Assembly: GCA_964658305.1 (NCBI GenBank)
Contig: OZ210886.1
Location: forward strand, 682,001 to 746,000
DNA from: Leptogorgia sarmentosa
Lineage: Eukaryota
Length of the DNA: 64,000 bases
Reading direction: 5' to 3'
Made by a program: the position numbers and the translations under genes. Position 1 is the stretch's first letter. Each line of letters begins with the position of its first letter. The notes beneath the pieces are model-generated. The model was given only the letters and a program-made list of their open reading frames with translations, was not told where the DNA came from and did no database searches. Below are positions 13,140 to 26,400 of this stretch, piece after piece.

Positions 13140-13308
13140 GCCCTCCCCCCCCCGCTGCTCGTGCTGCCCCCGTGGCTCCGATGGGTCGGCTGTTGCAATG
13201 TTCAGGCAGTTCTGCGCCTGCCCCCGCTCCCCCACTCCCCCTCCCCCCCGCTGCTCGTGCTGCCCCCGTGGCTCCAATGGGTCGGCTGTTGCAATGTTCA
13301 GGCAGTTC
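13140..13308. repeat. GC-rich tandem duplication (~65-bp core, 2 copies) with poly-C tracts
   Basis: ccccccgctgctcgtgctgcccccgtggctcc(g/a)atgggtcggctgttgcaatgttcaggcagttc at ~13147 and ~13244. Confidence 0.85.
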
Positions 13309-16300
13309 AGCGCATTCGAATTCAACGAGGGAGTGATAAAATTAATTACTGCTTGCAGCATGGTCAAACCGCACCGAGCTGTTACATAACTGATGCATTA
13401 ATGAAAGCAACTGCACAATGCTAAGTCTTCAACATGTGTTACATAAAAATCCTCTCTCGTTCCAAGTACACCATAACTGTTCACTGCTTTCTGCTGTTCA
13501 ACATGAGACTTATACCTTTCGATGAGTTATGCCGAATTAAATTAAACTATGTCCTAAGAAATGGTGACAAATGTGTGGCCAGTTTAAAAATCCTGCTTTG
13601 ACAATCAGCTGTTTACCAACCACATGATGTCATGATTGTAGTGTTTCCTATTGAAATTGATTGATTGTACTGATTGTATAGAAAAGCGGTGACCTCCAGC
13701 CGTACAGGGAAAAATAAACCTTTACACTGCAATTGTGTTTTTGTTACATCAATGGTACAATTTGTTTTTCACTTTTCTTTCTCACAATAAAGTGTGAGAC
13801 ACTTCGTGGCGATTATCACGAATATGATTAGCTTACAATTAAAATAATTGACTGTCAAGTATTCCTCATAGAATTAGATCACATATTCAACACTTCTTTC
13901 GAAATAACCAAAGCTGTCTTGCATGGCTGAGTTGGTTTGTTTTTGTGAGAGGGCGAGTTGACAAGTAAACACTGTAATACAAATGCTCAGCTGGACAGGG
14001 AACAAATATGCTGCTGCTTCCTGTTAAATTTTAACAGCGCCTTCTTGTTAAAACACCTACGCTCATCAGGATGTGAAACTGAAATAGCCAGCGAATTCTG
14101 AGGTCACTCATTTCCCCGTCAGGCAGCTTAGCTGACCTTACATATCGCTCTGTTCATCTGTACAAAGAAAATTATCAAATATCATGGCCAAAAATTAAGA
14201 ATGATTCCTGATGGAGAATTGACTAACGCGAGGTATGTTATCTTAGAAAATTATAAAATGATTGTATATGTCTGTGTATTATGACTTTACCAACACTATA
14301 GCCACAACAGAAAGATCATTCTGAGCATATAGATATAGCTACACACGGAGTCCAGGGCCATACAAGCCGTACGTCGGGCAGAATCAATGAGCATATTTAC
14401 ATACCTATGCCAGTATCCATACAGTTTCTGGCTGTCCATGCACAAGCAGCACTGGTGTGCGGTTAAATCTATAGTGATTGACTGAAGTATATATTAAATA
14501 ACACCAGAGTGTTACCTGTCCATACATGCATGCATGTGATGTGATTGAGAACCGAAACTAATTCACGGAAGTTTATCACATCCTGTACCATCTAAATAAT
14601 TCTCTTTTGAAGAGCAAAAATATTTTTGAAATTTTATCTGATCTTTGACTTTGAGATTTTATACTACATACGACTAGCGCCATTTAATCGAAAAGAAGGT
14701 TAAATTCTTTATTCTTTAAGTGCCGACCCTCTAGAACGTCAAAGACAAAGACTTTGTAAAAGCCTTTATTACTGAAATATTTATCTTGATATAGTAGCGT
14801 GGGCCTGCAGACGTGAAAACTATAATTAAATTATTACCATTTTTGTCATCTGCTCTATAAAGACTGAATTCGAAGTGTTACGAATCTATCGAAACGTCTG
14901 AGAATTGGAGAACTAATTTGAAGATGTTAATTATTTTCTGATATGTCAGTAAAATCAGAACATTATGCGTAATAAGTCTCGAAAACAGTTTTCAAGTTAC
15001 AGCATTCTACTTTAGTTGCTCATGATGATATGATATTATACGCGTAGTTTATAACTTGCTAGCTCTATATATGAACTGAATAATAGTGGTAGCTAACGCA
15101 AGGTTGTCTGTACCAAATATATATTGCAACAAGATCAATGATTATAAACAACACCATTTTTGCGGAAAATCAACGCAACGTTTTTTATCATGAATCATGA
15201 CTGGTATTTTAGTTGAAAGATTCATGAATCTCTGACGTAGGCAAGATATGTTTGCGACGCAGTTACTAAATCCACGATAAAAAACCGCAACATTTCCATC
15301 TTTAATTATTTGTTTTGTTGAGAAAAAACTGATGTCAAGAAGAGTATTAATTCGTTGTTTATTCTGTATATTATAACTTATTTATACCCTCGGCAGGCAC
15401 GTAGGATGTAAAATTTGGGAAAAGCAGTCAGTGTCTTTGTAGGGGGGGGGGGGGGGGGGACAGTTGTCGGCGTAAGCCTAGCAAGCCATGGTGTCAAAGT
15501 AAATCCATTGAGCGAACACAAATTTGGCAGGGGAGATTGTACCCCATCGCTACGTGGTGTTTGAATGACTGAATGTCGGAACAAACTTGAGCGGTTGCGC
15601 CATATATATGTCCCACCATAACATGCATACTGGCATACAGAGAGTCATGCGAAGACACTTTATCAATTATCAGAGTGGAAGATTAGAGAGCAAGTGTTAT
15701 TCCCAGTTATTAAAGAAAGAGAGATAGAGAGAACTCAAAAAGAGAGATAGTAATACAGTAGGATTGAGTGGGAGAGGAAATCGTTCAAAATTATCAGTAT
15801 AAATTTGAGGTGGCAAAAGGTAAGAGTAACATAACATAAAGGTAAAAGTAAAAGTAACATTTGTACAGTAACGTTTTTATGATAACGTGTTTGTTGATGG
15901 AGATAGCACATGCTCTCCACTCTGATAAAATATTATTGCATGACTCAGTTCCTCAATAGGAGTTTTTGCACTCGTAATATTTCCAAGGCGCATTGTTGAA
16001 TTCGGTTGCATACGTTTGGTTGGAGAATGGAGTGAATGTTTAACCAGCCTAACCACATGTATGTAAATTGCACGCATCGTGACAGGCCGGATTTCTGCAT
16101 GGCCAAACGTAGAAACAGATAATCTAAAGCTTTATGTAAACAGAGGTGAATGAAGGCCGTCGTTAAAATTTGATTTGATCAGTGGAGATTATATCCTCCT
16201 GAAAGATTCATAATGTTGTAAATAGTATATGAATTTTGAATTATTGTTTCAATACGAGCAAGTCAGTATAGCATCTGAGTGCTGAGAATAAGTGTTGAAG

Positions 16301-18501
16301 ATTGAAACTAGACAATCCCATGCTTACAAAGAACCATGTATGGACTTTATGAGGATCATTCATATGCATTAATAAAGTAAGACGACTCTTCAAAAAAACG
16401 TCAACCCACTGACGGCGTCATAACGGTCATATGACTGAGAAGCAGCAGGGGAAATGAGGACCGGTCTACTGTGTATTGGTGATCTAAATACAAGAATATA
16501 ATATTTGCTATATTTCAATATTTCAAGCTTCACTGAGGTTAGTATTTTAGAAAACTATATAATAAAGTCTTTGTTATTCAGTGTGAGTCTGAAGGGTTAC
16601 GCTCATTTGCCGTCATTTAAGTCCTTATATTATATACTCGTTTCACCTTGTGACCAACAACTTTTTCATTTGTAACTATTAGTCTAATTAAAGTTTAGCA
16701 AGTATACACTTCATACAAACGCTTTCAATTCATCAGATTTAACAAGATCTGTGGTACCGACTGAACGGAATCATGAACCTAAAAGGGCTAGCGCTTAGAT
16801 AAAGAATTTTGCGAAGCCTCGTCTCAATTGTTATCGCATTGATACTACTATAACGTAAATTTCGCCAGCGCAGAAACTCCGTGGGGAGTGGGGACGTAAC
16901 ACATTCCCTGTATGAATACTATAAATCATACAAGACAGGGAGACATTAGTCAGGCCCATGCCTCTGAATCTCGAAAGCCACATTGCAAAAGGATCGTGAT
17001 GTTGGGGTCCTAATCCTAGTCTTCAAACTCAATTTTCACCAGATCTCATCATTGAATCGTCCCAGCCTATATGTCTTGTTCAAATTGTATAGTACTGTAT
17101 TTCTATTTTTTATCATTTAATACAAATGTAATCGAAGTATTTAGGGGAACCGGAACTCTTACAACGACACGAACCGGACGCGAGCTTTTTTGAAAGATCC
17201 GAGATCTTTTTAGATCATTTTCTAGATTTGAAAAGAATGCATGTATATAGTGGTTATTTTGAAAGGACAAGAAAAGAAAAAGAATATAAAGCAACGTATT
17301 TCGATTCACGACCCACGTGTCGTGGCTTCGAAGTTTTAATGTGATTGCCGTGATTTCGAATGTGAGTATGCCGTGCGTAATACAAAATTATACAAAATTC
17401 GCAAACCGAATGACTGTAAATGTGTATTTCACAAAAACCACGGCAAGCAGACAACTTCAAGAAATACAAAATAAAACAATTCCGAAAACAATTTCTTCAC
17501 AAATGTACAAATTTATTATGTTCCTTCCTACGGTGGTAATGAAATATCTTCGAATTCAAAAGTTCGTCCAAGAGTCCTCTCTATACCCTATTACTAGTCC
17601 TCTCTATACCCTATTTATGCCCACAAGGGCATAAAATGGGCATGAAATAATCAATTTAACTCGGAGTGCAGAGGCTTACCTGCATAACAAATCAACTTGC
17701 GGGCTCTTCAAGGTTTGCAGGCACGCCGCGGCGTACACTCACCTCACAATGGGTGGGCCGTGGGGGAGTCTATATCATCTCCAAACCACAACCCAAAACA
17801 CATTAATGAAACGAGTGATTTTAGCGAATATTGCCTTGGGAAGTGTTTGGTCGTAAATAATGAATGCGACTGACATTTTGTGTGAAAACTATAAGAAAAT
17901 CCTGAAGACGAGATTGGGATTGAATATTTTAGCTATCGCTTTGACAAATATTCGGATTTCAGAAAAACATCGAGGTAACACGAGCGATTTTCTTTCGAAT
18001 TTCCACGTTAGTAGAGAATAAGTATATAGTGTTTATATACAGTGTTTTTATTTTATCTCTCAAACCATAAATGGTTGTGCAACACTGATTGCGCATCCTC
18101 TTCTTTATATTCTGATATAAAAAAAGTAAAGGACTATGATATATAAGTACAGTTTTCATCGCTCTCAAACATTGGATGGTTCGAAACACTGAATGCGCAT
18201 CCTCTAAGAAAAGCCGCTCCAGTTATGCGCTTTTCATACGTGTGTGTATGCGTGAAACTCTAGTCCAATTTCAAATTCCGGGATCCCTTCATTCGGTTTA
18301 TTCCGGCGTTAATTAATTGTTTTTATAGGTAACATTTAAATTGACTAACACTTTGCTGTAAACGGGGGCACGCATGGAAAAACACTTAACTGGAAAGCCG
18401 TCTTTATCGGCATTTCTGCCAATTGCTACACGATTTTTCATGTTTTAATGTTCCTTTTCAGGCATACAGCAAGGTAATGTAACCATTAATGTCGTTAGGC
18501 A

Positions 18502-20159
18502 ATGGCATTGGAGTCAATCATCATTTATGCATGCGCAGGAGTGGTATCGTTCATCATTGTTTCATTTCTGATTCTACTACTGTACCGATGGAAGCATAAA
18601 AAGACAAAACCTAGATATCCATCAATAGTCCTCACATCCCATGACAGTCCACAGTTGAAAGAGAAGCGACTTTGGAGCCCGCCTGAGGATAAAGATGTGG
18701 TTACTGTGACAAGAGCCGAACGGAGTGAAAAGGCAAGAAGTTACTGGTTTCCAAAACGTGATATTAGACCATTTCTAGCACCTACCACAGGGGAATATCA
18801 GCAACCTGTAGCTTGTAAACAGGTATGACGATTTTCTATTTAGTTTCAGATATAACATTGGGATTGTTTTTATTCAATTGTGAGTCTAGATCTCTTACCA
18901 AATGCATTAAAACATTGCCGCAAAAAGATTTTAGTTCACAAAATTTTTACTATAGGATGACAATGATTTCTAGATCTTGTACAACAGTATGGGTTCTTGT
19001 TTTGTAGGCAGGTGACGTCGTGAAAGGTCGTCTCAAGTTTTCTTTCAGCTATGATTACCACATGAAAAAGGAAAAGTATGTAACTCCATCTTGTCGCGTT
19101 CTTCATTTTAGGCTGTAAAACGCGGAGTTGTAACTTCACTTTAAGTAAAGAAACTTGTTTTAATATGTAGCTTATACTATATTAATATACAGCTTGCCAA
19201 TTCAAACATGGTTTGTCCTTTAGAAACCTTAAGTTCTAAGCAAAGCCTTCTGAGCACAAGTTTCAGGTTTTGTAGTTGAATTTGAAAAACGCCTTAAAAC
19301 GGTTCCATGATACTCCAGTTAAACGTTTGCAAAGGACAAACTCTGAATTAGCTGTACGTATGAGTACTATAGTATGTATATTAATATTTATTATATAGAC
19401 AAGCACTATATATGAGATATTCTGTAATCTGATTGGCTGAGCTACTCACTAGCTATTACTTCATATATAGTGAGTAGGACGAATTAATTATCTCACTCAA
19501 GTGAGCTTAAAACAAAATGGCTGAAAATGGCTGAGCGTTTCCTTCAAATGAATGATTTTAATAAATTTTATAATGTTCGCCTTTTGTCTATATAATAAAA
19601 CAATTATACCATTCGCTCTCGTCGTATATGGCCCGCGAGCGAGAACGAAAGGTACCCGAGTTGACATGAATATCTTATACTATCAATTTTTTTATATCAA
19701 TATAGATCACTTCTTACAGTAAAATTGCATCATGGTCGTGATTATACGGATGAGTTAGACAATATGTCGATGGATTCGTTTGTAAAGACACGTCTGCTCC
19801 CAAGTAAACTTCAATCATTTACTTCGAAACTACAACGAAGAACGCTGAATCCAAATTATAACGAGACGTATCAGTTTGATATTGAATATTCAGAGTTGGG
19901 TTCGCAAGCGCTTTGCTTTGAGGTTTATCGCTACGACTGTGTTTCAAGACACAAAGTCTTTGGTGAAGTGATTGTGCCGTTTAAAGACTTGGGTTCTAGT
20001 GGCAGCGGGAATGTCATCAAAGAAATATCAATGTCAATGAATATAACTGAACCAACGTCAACCAGTTTACCCACTCTCAATAATGATAGTTGTTCAAATA
20101 ATAATGACATCATTGGTGATATGAAGATAGAAGAGCAAACTGTTCAAGATGCATGGTAA
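18502..20159 (+). CDS. Synaptotagmin-like protein B (N-terminal TM + single C2 domain)
   Basis: Exons 18502-18822 (TM IIIYACAGVVSFIIVSFLILLLY), 19008-19075 (KGRLKFSFSYDY), 19706-20159 (DSFVKTRLLP..RRTLNPNYNETYQF..FEVYRYD..GEV); frames join consistently at GT-AG sites. Confidence 0.85.
19387..19690 (+). mobile_element. Asymmetric-IR element (family D) with degraded hairpin, in an intron of synaptotagmin-like B
   Basis: tttattatatagacaa 19387-19402 is perfectly inverted at 19584-19599; ctgattggctga at 19429-19440; partial hairpin after 19600. Confidence 0.65.
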
Positions 20160-23100
20160 ACAACCAAGGAAGACGCAAAGTGGAGGGGGGGGGGGGGGGG
20201 GGGAGGGGATTAAATTAATTTAATATTTATGAGAGAACGACCAGCACAAATAAATTTCCACATATATGAAGAACATGAACCAATATGACATATATGATTT
20301 CATATTGGACTGGACACGGTTTAGGCAAAGAACAGTAAATTAAACAGAAAAGCAACTCAGCAGCGCAAGTTGGTGACTCGTGTCCCCCTATTTTTATGCA
20401 ATTTACTGGCTAGAAGAATGGCGGAACAGCCAGTTTAGCATTTCTATTGGCCAGAAAAGACAATTGAGTTGACTGGCCAGAACCTGCATAATGAACATGC
20501 GCAATGCGACATGCCTGAGGACACAAAGTCTAGATGTTCCGGCTCCAGTTGCCTTTCTGTTGATTTTCTGTGGTTTAGGTCTAAAGCGTATCGCATCTAT
20601 ATTCAGTATATCACATTCAATTCTTTGATCACTGGAAGAATTAAAAGCTTCAAATTAATCATCTTTGAGCAATCTTTTGAGCAAAACATTGAAGAAGTGT
20701 ACGTAATTTAAATTAGTAGTATGGTAAATTTGCTCCCGCTTGAAATGATCCCCTTCGTCTGCATAACAATTGGCAAAAAATATGTATCACTATTATATGT
20801 ATCAATGTTAAACAGAGATTTAATGATGAATTTGTGATATTAAAAATCGTTCTGGTTCGAGATAAGACAGATAAGGCCTGCATTAGCAATTAATAAGTGA
20901 AAGAAGAACAGTCAAATCGAGAACAGGTACTGACGGTGCTGATTACTTTGTAACTCATCGTAACTCATCGTAACTCGTATAGTAACAAAATAGTTAAAAA
21001 TGTTCGTTAGGGAGAATTAGATAAATAGATTTAAAAAAATAACTGTTCTATTTGGTCCTGAATCCTGATTGCAGTGGCCATCACTCGTTTGAATAGGATT
21101 GGGAAAGCACTTGATGGCTGGCATAAATAAGACACAGATGATCCATCACTAACCCGCGAACGGGTATGGATTGGATTGGCCGATAAATGAATAGCACAGA
21201 TCCCGATGGTTTTACCAACAAAAAAACAAACAAAAAAAGTTACTGTAATTTTTCATAATTTTTACATAAAAATGAGATTGTTCTCATTTACACTATAAAA
21301 TCATGCAGATAACTATCCACAGTCTCCACTATATCTCCCTGTTACACGCCTCATTACAACCATATGTTCTAATCTGTGAGAGCGCAAATTCATGGCGGCA
21401 GCAAAAAGCAGGTTCACATGGTTCTCTTCTCTGCACATGGTTGTAATGAGCTAACAGGGAAATTCGGATATACTGGAGCTCCAAAATACCAGTATAAAAA
21501 GTACGTCGACAGAAAGCCGTTTGGGATCAATCGTTTGGGATTTGTGTTTGGATCTCTGCCCTAACCCCAAACGGCTTCCTCAACGTTATATCTGGGTATG
21601 CGCCGCTACATAAATGGCATGTGGGGACGTGGGGGTCTGGTGTTCCGTTACTGTACAGTTACGTTACTGTCAATCTGTCATATCACAGACTGTCATGCAA
21701 ATGACCAATTACTAACTGTGATTAAACTATCGCACACAATAGTTTGGCGATGACGCAAAATTGAGCTCTGCCCTGAACATAAACTTTCTTCTACATTACT
21801 GAGCAACAAAAGTGTGTGCGTTGGCAAGCGCGAGAATGTTGTATGACTATGAGAAAGGAAGGTGAAGGAAAAACTACAATATTATACGACTCATCAGGAG
21901 CAATTGCGATTATTGAATATATTGAATATATTATATGGGATAATCCACGTACACCACCTACAAATAAATTTAACATTCTATTTCCCTTTAATGTTGAGTT
22001 TAAAAAATAAAGTGGTTAGTATCAGGGGGGAACAATGGCCCAGTAAGTGGTTGCCCTATTCTGGTAATTTCAATAATAGACATCTGGAATTGCGAAGGTC
22101 GAAAAACCGTCAATTGTATTGAATGTGTACTTGTATGAAATATTACAGTATCATTGGTAATTTTACAGGAATATGACATTGGCCAAACTAAAGCTCGATT
22201 GTACCATGTATATCCGCAGCAGCTAGATGTCGCGAAATCTTTATTGTTTCCTATCACGTTTTCCGCCCGCGCTGTTGATAAATTTTATAAAGATATTTTG
22301 AATAAATTTTTATTTTGTGGTAAACATTTAGCTGTAATTTCACTGCATCTTTCCTGGCTGAATATTTATTAAAGAACAAGCCAGATACAATTGCGGGCAT
22401 CCTAATTTTGTTGCAATCAGGGTCAAATTTGAATCATTTTGTGACTTCCAAATTTCAACAGTGCGGTCAGTATGTGTACAACGGTAAATACCGTCAGTAG
22501 GAACAGTCATCGCAGCATACTGAATTTATATCATACAGTTCATAAAACCATCCTTTCTCGAAGCAAAAATTGCACAAGTGAAGGATTCTAAATTGAAGTA
22601 TAAATGTTCGACATAATATCGGTCAAATAGGTCTGCCCCCAAGCAACCGGGGATTAAGAACTAATAATTTTTGCAAAATGACAAGTTTCGATTATTTTCA
22701 CGGGGGCATTGTTTTACAATTGGCGTGACGTCACCATACCACATGCGCTTTATGCTATCCTTTCGCCCTTTCTTTCTCAATATCATTACTAAACGATACC
22801 TAAAGCTAGATTATCGAAGCAAATCCTAAATTTTATTTCGTTTTGCACACACTTATCGTTGCTACAAAGCTTGGAATATCTGGCGTGCTTCACAGAGAGC
22901 ATTTATACCTGGACTGTGGAGTTATTTGGAGCACGTTTACGAATTTCTAAGTACAGTTTTGAAACATACAAAATCGAGGCACGAAACGCCATCCAAAATG
23001 GCCGGTTTTATCCTCAAGTATATGATCTTCTTGATGGCAAAATAGGAGGGAAAAGTTGCCCATACGAGGTACCAGTCTAATTAATATATCGTATTTTGTG

Positions 23101-23472
23101 TAATGTTGTTTATCTCCAGTATTTTGTTCGACGATTTTACATCCTACACACCGTTTGTTGAATTTTTGAGATCACGGCATACTCGATTCCTTGTGAACCC
23201 TCCTTCGTCAAGTTGTGTTGTTAATTTCAATATGTTTAAGAACCGTGTCACAAAATGGCACCCATTTTCAAGAAATTGCACATTTCGACCTCCTATTCTG
23301 TTTTAGACATCACCAAAGTACTTATTTCCCTCCAATTTATATAGTTTGTCCATTTTCTTTATTTCTAAGGCGAGCTGATGTCATTTAGCGTGTTTTCCGA
23401 TCCTATAAACTCCGCGTTTTCTGCTGAAAGTATATACACCGTTGTGTTGCTTCCTCGATCATTTTTGTGTCA

Positions 23473-26400
23473 ATGGAGCCTAATGATGTACCATCCCAGA
23501 GTCCAATACATTCGACAAGGTCGTTCTACGAGCCTACAATGATGGGTAAGGAAAATACGTTGTTGCTTACAGCACTGTGCTCTAAAATACAATTTTACAC
23601 TGCATATTCTAAATAGTAAATATAAAATCCTGTATTTTTCCATCTTAGGACAACCTTCAATCCTTCAGTCCCCGCCATTACCTCATGAGCACAGGTATGG
23701 GCTAGCACAAATGCCGTCTGCTTTCTCTATGATTGGGAGACGTCCTAACTTGCATCACCATGAATTTCCAAGCCTAACTCATGACCCTTTGATGGCGACA
23801 AGTCCTCGAATACAGAGAAGTCCTACACCTGCGACATCAAATAGTTGGTGGCGTCAACCATCAATAAGTGCTCACCCTCAAAATATGAACAATCCGGATA
23901 TCTTTGGTAATTCTTTAATGTGGTTACCCCATGAGCAAGAACATATGAGACCACATGAAAACTTAACCTACCATAATTCTGCACAAGCATATAGAAACTT
24001 TGATTTCATAAATGGATCATCACCAGGGAGTTACTATGCATCAACTCCACGTTTCTTCCCAGAACCAGCTCATAGTTTGCATAGTATGCCAACATTAGGT
24101 AAGGATAGACCGCTAAGTTGGGAGCATGGTTTAATGTTGGATGTCAGTGGGAATGGATTTTCACCTTGGCAAGATATGCATCAACAAAAAATTGTTGAAA
24201 GACAGCAGAAACAATTGCAGGAATCAGTAGAAAAAGAACGGGCCACAGTGGGTTTACCAAATAATAGATCATCAAACTTTAATGACAATATAAAAGGTGT
24301 GAAACAAACCAAATATTTGGATACCGGTAATCATAATGCAGGCCCACTAACAATTTCTAACAACTCTCGACTGAAGGTTCCTGTCATTCCACCAAGTGAA
24401 TCATGCCTTAATGTGCCTGTAATCTCAAATGATTCTCGCCAACATGTTCCTGGTATGACAGGTAATTCAAGACTGAATTTACTGGGGATGCCAAACAATT
24501 CTCATCTTAAAGTACCAGTGATGGCAAATGAGCCTCATCTGAAAATTCCACCTATCTCAAGTGAATCCAGTTTTAATATTCCATCATTAACAAGTGAACC
24601 TAAACTTGATATACCATTAATAACCAATGAGACACAGTTGAACGATTCGCCATTGTCTGATAACTCGCGTCATGGTGTAACTTCAAGTTCTGGGGATAGT
24701 CGGCATGGCATAATGTCAATTATTGGTGATTCTAGGCTTGATGTACCAGTAGTTACCACTGAATCTAGACTTAATACACCACCATTGATGTCTAAAGAAC
24801 CACAACAAAACTTACAACCATTATCTGGTGAGTCTCGACAAAACATACCACCTATGATCAGTGAGTCTCGGCAAAACCTACCATCAGTTACCAGTGAGTC
24901 TCATCAGAGCATATCTCAAATGAACAGTGAATCTCGGCAAAAACAAGCACAACTGAATGTCTTGAATGAGTCTCGCCAAAACGTACCTGAGAACCAGAGA
25001 GCATTCTTTGAAAAAACTAAATACTCTGTTCTTGATACAAGTATGCCCATTGGAAATAACGGAAGATCACAACAGGAAAGAAGTGCTCAACAGTTGCCTT
25101 CAAGCGTACATGCCAAGAACCTAAGTCCAACTAAACCAGATTTACCAGCAATTCATGATCAATATAAACGAGATAGTGTGATAAACACATTGGAAAACAA
25201 TACAAATAATGCACCATCTATTTTTTCACCACCAGCATTGATTAAGTCACCACCAACAACTAGTAAGCCATCAAGTGGGTTGCCAAGTCCAATCAAGGTA
25301 CAACCAACCAGACCAACTGGGGGTAAGCCTCCTTTATTAGAACGGTTCCGAGCTCCTATTGTTCCCAGATCTGGTGATGATAGCAGTAGTGATGAAGGTA
25401 GTAGTGATGGTGATGAAGAGGAGGGTGATTCTGGGAGTGACAGTGATAGTGATGATGATGGCATCAGTGATGATGGTAATGATGATGATGATGGTGATGA
25501 TGACGATGATGAAGTAGAGGAGAAAGTAAAGAAGCAATCTGGGCCATCAAATATTCAGCAGTTACAAAAACCACTGCAATCACAACTGAAAAAGTCACAA
25601 CAGCTTGGTCAGCAGGTATTTTTATTATAGTTTATTTCAGTTTAATTGTGTACAATTTTCAAATATTTTGAGACTGAGTTAAACTACATTAGTCAGAAAT
25701 TACTATCTACCAGTTTGAAATGTTGCTGTTACCATAGCCATACTATAGTCACTTCTTTGCTTTGGGTCCATAGCCTGGCTCTCGCTGGCCTTGTGCAAAA
25801 TTAGTTATTAAAATAACTAGGGGAGTGGAAGAATTACTTGGCCATGCATGAATATATCTGCAGTTTGAGTGGCATGTGACCAGGAAGTCTGTAAAAGAAA
25901 TCAGAAAGCTGTAAACAAACATCCAGCAGCAGGATATGTTTTGATACTGTATTTTTGATTTGTAGAAAGCAGAAGAAAGCAGCGAGAGTGAAATGGAGAG
26001 TGGTAGTGACGGAAGTGATGGGAGTGATGATGATGATGACGATGATGATCAAGATGGAGATGCTGAAAGTAATGATGGAAATCAAGATAGTGATTACTCT
26101 CAGGAACAAACATCTCCTGGGAAAAGAAAATCGGCCACTGATTCTGGTTAGTCCAAAAACCTCTCAAACCCTGATTGATAACATTATTGCATGTAATTGG
26201 GTGTTTTGATATGACACAGTGTTTAAAGTGTTGCTTGATGGCTTCATATTTTTACCCATAGGTCCACCACGTAAACGAAGAGTAGTTGTTATTGATGAAG
26301 AACTAATGAAGATTCCCTTAGAAAAAGGGTAAGATTGTTTGGTCAAGTGAATAAAATGTGGTTAAATATTTAATCAGCAGCCACAAGAATGTTAATTGGG

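Noticed and set aside
13013..13424. Cluster of overlapping ORFs in several frames
   Set aside because: Explained by the GC-rich tandem duplication lacking stop codons.
14201..14232. ATG-containing mini-exon as an upstream coding exon of synaptotagmin B
   Set aside because: Splicing to the 18462 acceptor gives an immediate stop; at most UTR or uORF, and unsupported.
25159..25537. Antisense ORFs over BAZ2B, PHF14 and the ParB-like gene
   Set aside because: Shadow frames of low-complexity coding exons.
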